DNA from: an uncultured bacterium
Lineage (GTDB): Bacteria; Bacillota_I; Bacilli_A; RFN20; CAG-826
Direction: 5' to 3'
Length of the DNA: 64,000 nt
NCBI GenBank assembly: GCA_949288485.1
Contig: CASEKC010000001.1
Coordinates: 71,070-135,069, forward strand
The notes beneath the pieces are model-generated. The model was not told the origin of the DNA and did no database searches. It was given only the letters and a program-made list of their open reading frames with translations. Each line of letters begins with the position of its first letter. Within the stretch, counting starts at the first letter, position 1. This document shows, in pieces, positions 60,648-64,000 of this stretch. A program made the translations under genes and the position numbers.

Positions 60648-60830
60648 TTAATTCCATGAGAACTGATATCCACCTGGAAGTTTAATTATTCCATCATTTG
60701 ATGTAAATAATTTATAAGCAGCTACCGCAATAATTGAAACAATCATAATTGCAATAATAGCAGCTAAAGTTACCGCTTCACCAGGTTTAATATTTTCTAG
60801 TTCTTCTTCACTTAAGATAACTTTATTCAT
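60648..60830 (-). CDS. 60-aa peptide with double-glycine-type leader and hydrophobic core
   Basis: MNKVILSEEELENIKPG|EAVTLAAIIAIMIVSIIAVAAYKLF...PGGYQFSWN; GGGAGG RBS. Confidence 0.8.
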   Translation of the reverse strand: MNKVILSEEELENIKPGEAVTLAAIIAIMIVSIIAVAAYKLFTSNDGIIKLPGGYQFSWN

Positions 60831-60849
60831 CAAAAAACCTCCCTTCACA

Positions 60850-60883
60850 ATACAAGAATGCTCCGAGAGGCAAAAATTATTCA
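60850..60883 (-). promoter_or_regulatory. Shared bipartite motif, copy C
   Basis: Minus strand TGAATA-N17-CATTCTTGTAT immediately before the GGGAGG RBS of the peptide gene. Confidence 0.7.
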
Positions 60884-60889
60884 CTTTTT

Positions 60890-63469
60890 TTAAATATTTT
60901 TAATTTTTACTTCTAATATTTCTTTTTGTTCTTTATATTTTTGATATTTTTCTTTTTCTTCATCAACTTTTTCTTTTTTAGCTTTTGATAAGAATTTTTC
61001 ATTATTTAATAAAGCTTCACTTCTTTTAATTTCTTTATTAATGTTTTCAAGTTGAAGATTTAGTTTATTAATTTTTTCTTCTTTAGAGATATTATCATCA
61101 ATATAAATAATTCCATCATTTATAACAATTGAAGTCAAATCATGACGTTCATCATTTATTAATTCAATGTTAGAAGCGAATGTGAATCTTTCAATATAAG
61201 AAAGAAGTGTAGAAATATTTTTATTTGTTTTTAATTTTAAAGAGATTTTTTGATTTGGAGCTAAAGAATTATCAACTTTATATGCTCTAATTTTTTCAAT
61301 AACATTTTTAATAAATAAAACATTTGATTCATCAAAAACAATATTTTTATCAAAAGTTGGATAAGACTCAAGCATTATTGAATCTTTATGTTCACTTAAT
61401 GAAAGATAAATTTCTTCACTAATAAATGGAGCAAATGGATAAATCGTTAAAATAATTGATTTTAATGATTTAAATAAAGCGTAATAAGTTGATTCTTTAT
61501 CAAATGATTCGTTTTGTAATGTTACTTTGCACATTTCTAAATAGAAATCACAGAAATCATCATAAACAAATGAATGTAAAATTTGACATGCAATTCCAAA
61601 TTCATATTTTTCCATCGCATTTGTAACTTTTGAAATTGTTTCATTAAGACGAGAAATAATGAATTTATCAATTTCATTTAAAGAATCAAAACTAATTTCT
61701 TCAAATTTATAATCACTTGGAAGATTCATTAAAGCAAATCTAGCACTATTCCAAATTTTATTTAAATATGCATTAGCTGCTTGAACTTTTTCTTCACTAT
61801 ATCTCATATCTAAACCAGGTGCTGCAGTTGTTGCAAGGAAATATCTAAGAGAATCCGTTCCATATTTATCAATAACTGCAACTGGATCAACACCATTTCC
61901 TAAAGATTTAGACATTTTTCTTCCTAAAGAATCTCTTACAAGTCCATGGATAACTACATCTTTAAATGGAATATTGTTAGTAAAATGGAGTGATTGGAAA
62001 ATCATTCTTGAAACCCAGAAGAAAATAATATCGTATCCTGTAACTAAACAAGATGTTGGGAAATAGTGTTTAAAGTCTTCAGTTTCTTTTGGCCAACCTA
62101 AAGTTGCAAAAGGCCAAAGTGCCGAAGAGAACCATGTATCAAGAACATCTTCATCTTGGCTCCATTCATCTGTATTACCTGGGCAAGTTTTTGAAACAAC
62201 CATTTCATCACTTCCATTTTTATACCAAACAGGAATTCGATGACCCCACCATAATTGACGAGAAATACACCAATCATCAATATTAGAAAGCCATCTTGTT
62301 AATACATTTTCAAATCTTTCAGGATAAAATTTTACTTTATTTTCTGTTTTTTGATTTTCTAAAACTCTATCAGCAAGTGGTTTCATTTTTACAAACCATT
62401 GTTTTGATAAAATAGGTTCAACGACAGAATCACTTCTTTCAGAATGGCCTACTTGGTGAGTAATTTCTTCAATTTTAATTAAGTTATCTTGTTCTTTAAT
62501 ATCATTTAATAAAGCTTCACGACAAGCAAAGCGATCCATTGAAGCATATTTACCACAATTTTCATTCATCGTTCCATCAACATTCATAATAATTGGATGT
62601 GGAAGATTATATTTTTGGCCAATGATAAAATCGTTTGGATCATGAGCAGGTGTACATTTCATCGCACCAGTTCCAAACTCAATATCAACATATTCATCAG
62701 CAATAACAGGAATTACTTCATTATTTGCAGGATTAATTACCTTTTTTCCAATAATATTTTTATATCTTTCATCGTTAGGATTAACAACAATACAAGTATC
62801 TCCAAACATTGTTTCAGGTCTAGTTGTTGCAATTTCTAAATATTTTGAAGGATCATCAATAAAACGATATTTAAAATAATAGAAATGTCCTTTATCTTCT
62901 TTATAAACAATTTCAATATTGCTTAAAGCAGTTTTCATCTCCGGATCATAATTTACGATTCTTTCTCCTCGATAAATTAATCCTTCATCAAAAAGAGTTT
63001 TAAAAACTGTATAAACAGCGTCTTGGAAACCTTCGTCAAGAGTAAATCTTTCACGAGAATAATCGATCATTATCCCCATTTTTTCCCATTGAGAATGAAT
63101 AATATCACTTTTTTCTTCTTTCCATTTAAATGCTTCTTTTAAGAAATTTTCTCTACCAATTTGAAAACGATCAGTTCCTTCTTCTTTTAATTTAGCATCA
63201 ACTTTAGCTTGAGTAGCAATTCCAGCATGATCTACTCCAGGAAGATAAAGTACATCAAAACCTTTTGCTTTTTTATAACGAGCAATTATATCTTGGAAAG
63301 TATTATCAATCGCATGACCAATATGTAAAACACCAGTAACATTTGGTGGAGGAATAACCATTGAAAAAGGTAATTTTGAAGTGTCACCAGCTTTAAAATA
63401 ACCACTTTCTTTCCATTTTTTTACTTTTCCCTTTTCAATTTCTTTAAAATCATAACGTTTATCAAGCAT
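60890..63469 (-). CDS. valS: Valine-tRNA ligase
   Basis: PPPNVTGVLHIGH, ATTRPET, WCISRQLWWGHRIP, KMSKS. Confidence 0.98.
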   Translation of the reverse strand: MLDKRYDFKEIEKGKVKKWKESGYFKAGDTSKLPFSMVIPPPNVTGVLHIGHAIDNTFQDIIARYKKAKGFDVLYLPGVDHAGIATQAKVDAKLKEEGTDRFQIGRENFLKEAFKWKEEKSDIIHSQWEKMGIMIDYSRERFTLDEGFQDAVYTVFKTLFDEGLIYRGERIVNYDPEMKTALSNIEIVYKEDKGHFYYFKYRFIDDPSKYLEIATTRPETMFGDTCIVVNPNDERYKNIIGKKVINPANNEVIPVIADEYVDIEFGTGAMKCTPAHDPNDFIIGQKYNLPHPIIMNVDGTMNENCGKYASMDRFACREALLNDIKEQDNLIKIEEITHQVGHSERSDSVVEPILSKQWFVKMKPLADRVLENQKTENKVKFYPERFENVLTRWLSNIDDWCISRQLWWGHRIPVWYKNGSDEMVVSKTCPGNTDEWSQDEDVLDTWFSSALWPFATLGWPKETEDFKHYFPTSCLVTGYDIIFFWVSRMIFQSLHFTNNIPFKDVVIHGLVRDSLGRKMSKSLGNGVDPVAVIDKYGTDSLRYFLATTAAPGLDMRYSEEKVQAANAYLNKIWNSARFALMNLPSDYKFEEISFDSLNEIDKFIISRLNETISKVTNAMEKYEFGIACQILHSFVYDDFCDFYLEMCKVTLQNESFDKESTYYALFKSLKSIILTIYPFAPFISEEIYLSLSEHKDSIMLESYPTFDKNIVFDESNVLFIKNVIEKIRAYKVDNSLAPNQKISLKLKTNKNISTLLSYIERFTFASNIELINDERHDLTSIVINDGIIYIDDNISKEEKINKLNLQLENINKEIKRSEALLNNEKFLSKAKKEKVDEEKEKYQKYKEQKEILEVKIKNI

Positions 63470-63486
63470 ATTTTTACCTTCCTTTA

Positions 63487-64000
63487 CTAAATTACACTAT
63501 CAATTTTATCCTTAAGTTTTTCAAGCAAGCGATAATTGCTAATTGAAACTAAAAATAATTTATTTTCATCAAAATCTTTGAATTTAGCATTTAAATTTTT
63601 CTTTATTTTTGCTTTCATCGACATATTTAATTTATCAACCTTTGTTAAAGCAAAAATAAATGGAATATTATTATACATTAAATATTCATAAAATAATAAA
63701 TCATCTTCATTTGGTTCATGACGAGAATCTAATAAAAAAACGACTAATTTTAAATATCTATTATCATGAAAATAAGAATCAATCATTTTTCCATACATTT
63801 CATAATCTAAATCTTTCTTTGAAGAATATCCATAACCAGGTGCATCAACAAAATAAAATTTATCTTCAATTAAAAAGTAATTTAATAAACGTGTCATACC
63901 AGGTTTTGAAGAAGTATAAGCAAGTTTTTTATTGTTTGTTAAAGCATTGATTAAAGATGATTTTCCAACATTTGATTTACCGACAAAAAGCACCTCACTT
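63487..64000 (-). CDS. engB: Ribosome biogenesis GTPase YihA/YsxC, 5' end outside window
   Basis: GKSNVGKSSLIN, SSKPGMT, DAPGYG, TKVDK. Confidence 0.93.
   Translation of the reverse strand, partial: SEVLFVGKSNVGKSSLINALTNNKKLAYTSSKPGMTRLLNYFLIEDKFYFVDAPGYGYSSKKDLDYEMYGKMIDSYFHDNRYLKLVVFLLDSRHEPNEDDLLFYEYLMYNNIPFIFALTKVDKLNMSMKAKIKKNLNAKFKDFDENKLFLVSISNYRLLEKLKDKIDSVI

Noticed and set aside
1..64000. Genetic code 4 (TGA=Trp), CRISPR arrays, IS elements, tRNA/rRNA genes
   Set aside because: Conserved genes translate fully under code 11 with TGG for Trp; no regular repeat-spacer pattern, transposase or structural RNA gene was seen.

Overview
Very AT-rich, densely coded chromosomal segment of a reduced low-GC Bacilli-type bacterium. 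It uses genetic code 11 (TGG for Trp; TGA acts as a stop at 20655 and 21289). Several Mollicutes-like traits suggest an uncultured gut Bacilli lineage, which is inference only. Most of the window is housekeeping: hemW-hrcA-grpE-dnaK-dnaJ, rsmE-mtaB, ybeY-cdd-era-recO, glyS-dnaG-rpoD, ispH/ispG, efp, parEC, yqeG-yqeH-yhbY-yqeK, deoB-xerD-dinB-xseAB-nusB, tkt, aspS-hisS-relA-recJ-secDF, ruvAB, obg, rplU-prp-rpmA, valS. The window spans the replication terminus: genes run mostly + up to 36.4 kb and - afterwards, with a dif site at 36464-36491. No mobile elements, CRISPR arrays, rRNA or tRNA genes were seen. The most notable signal is a shared bipartite promoter-like motif, TG(C/A)ATA-N16/17-C(A/C)TTCTTGTAT, resembling SigF/SigG-type promoters. 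It lies directly upstream of three scattered accessory genes: a C39-peptidase membrane protein with no ATPase domain, a 60-aa double-glycine-type leader peptide with a hydrophobic core, and an orphan PemK/MazF-like protein next to dif. Together these suggest a dispersed, co-regulated peptide-processing system. Other oddities are a tandem second RpoD-like sigma, widespread apparently leaderless genes, a His/Cys-repeat GrpE, a SecDF lacking its proton-coupling residues and a non-PGKG EF-P.
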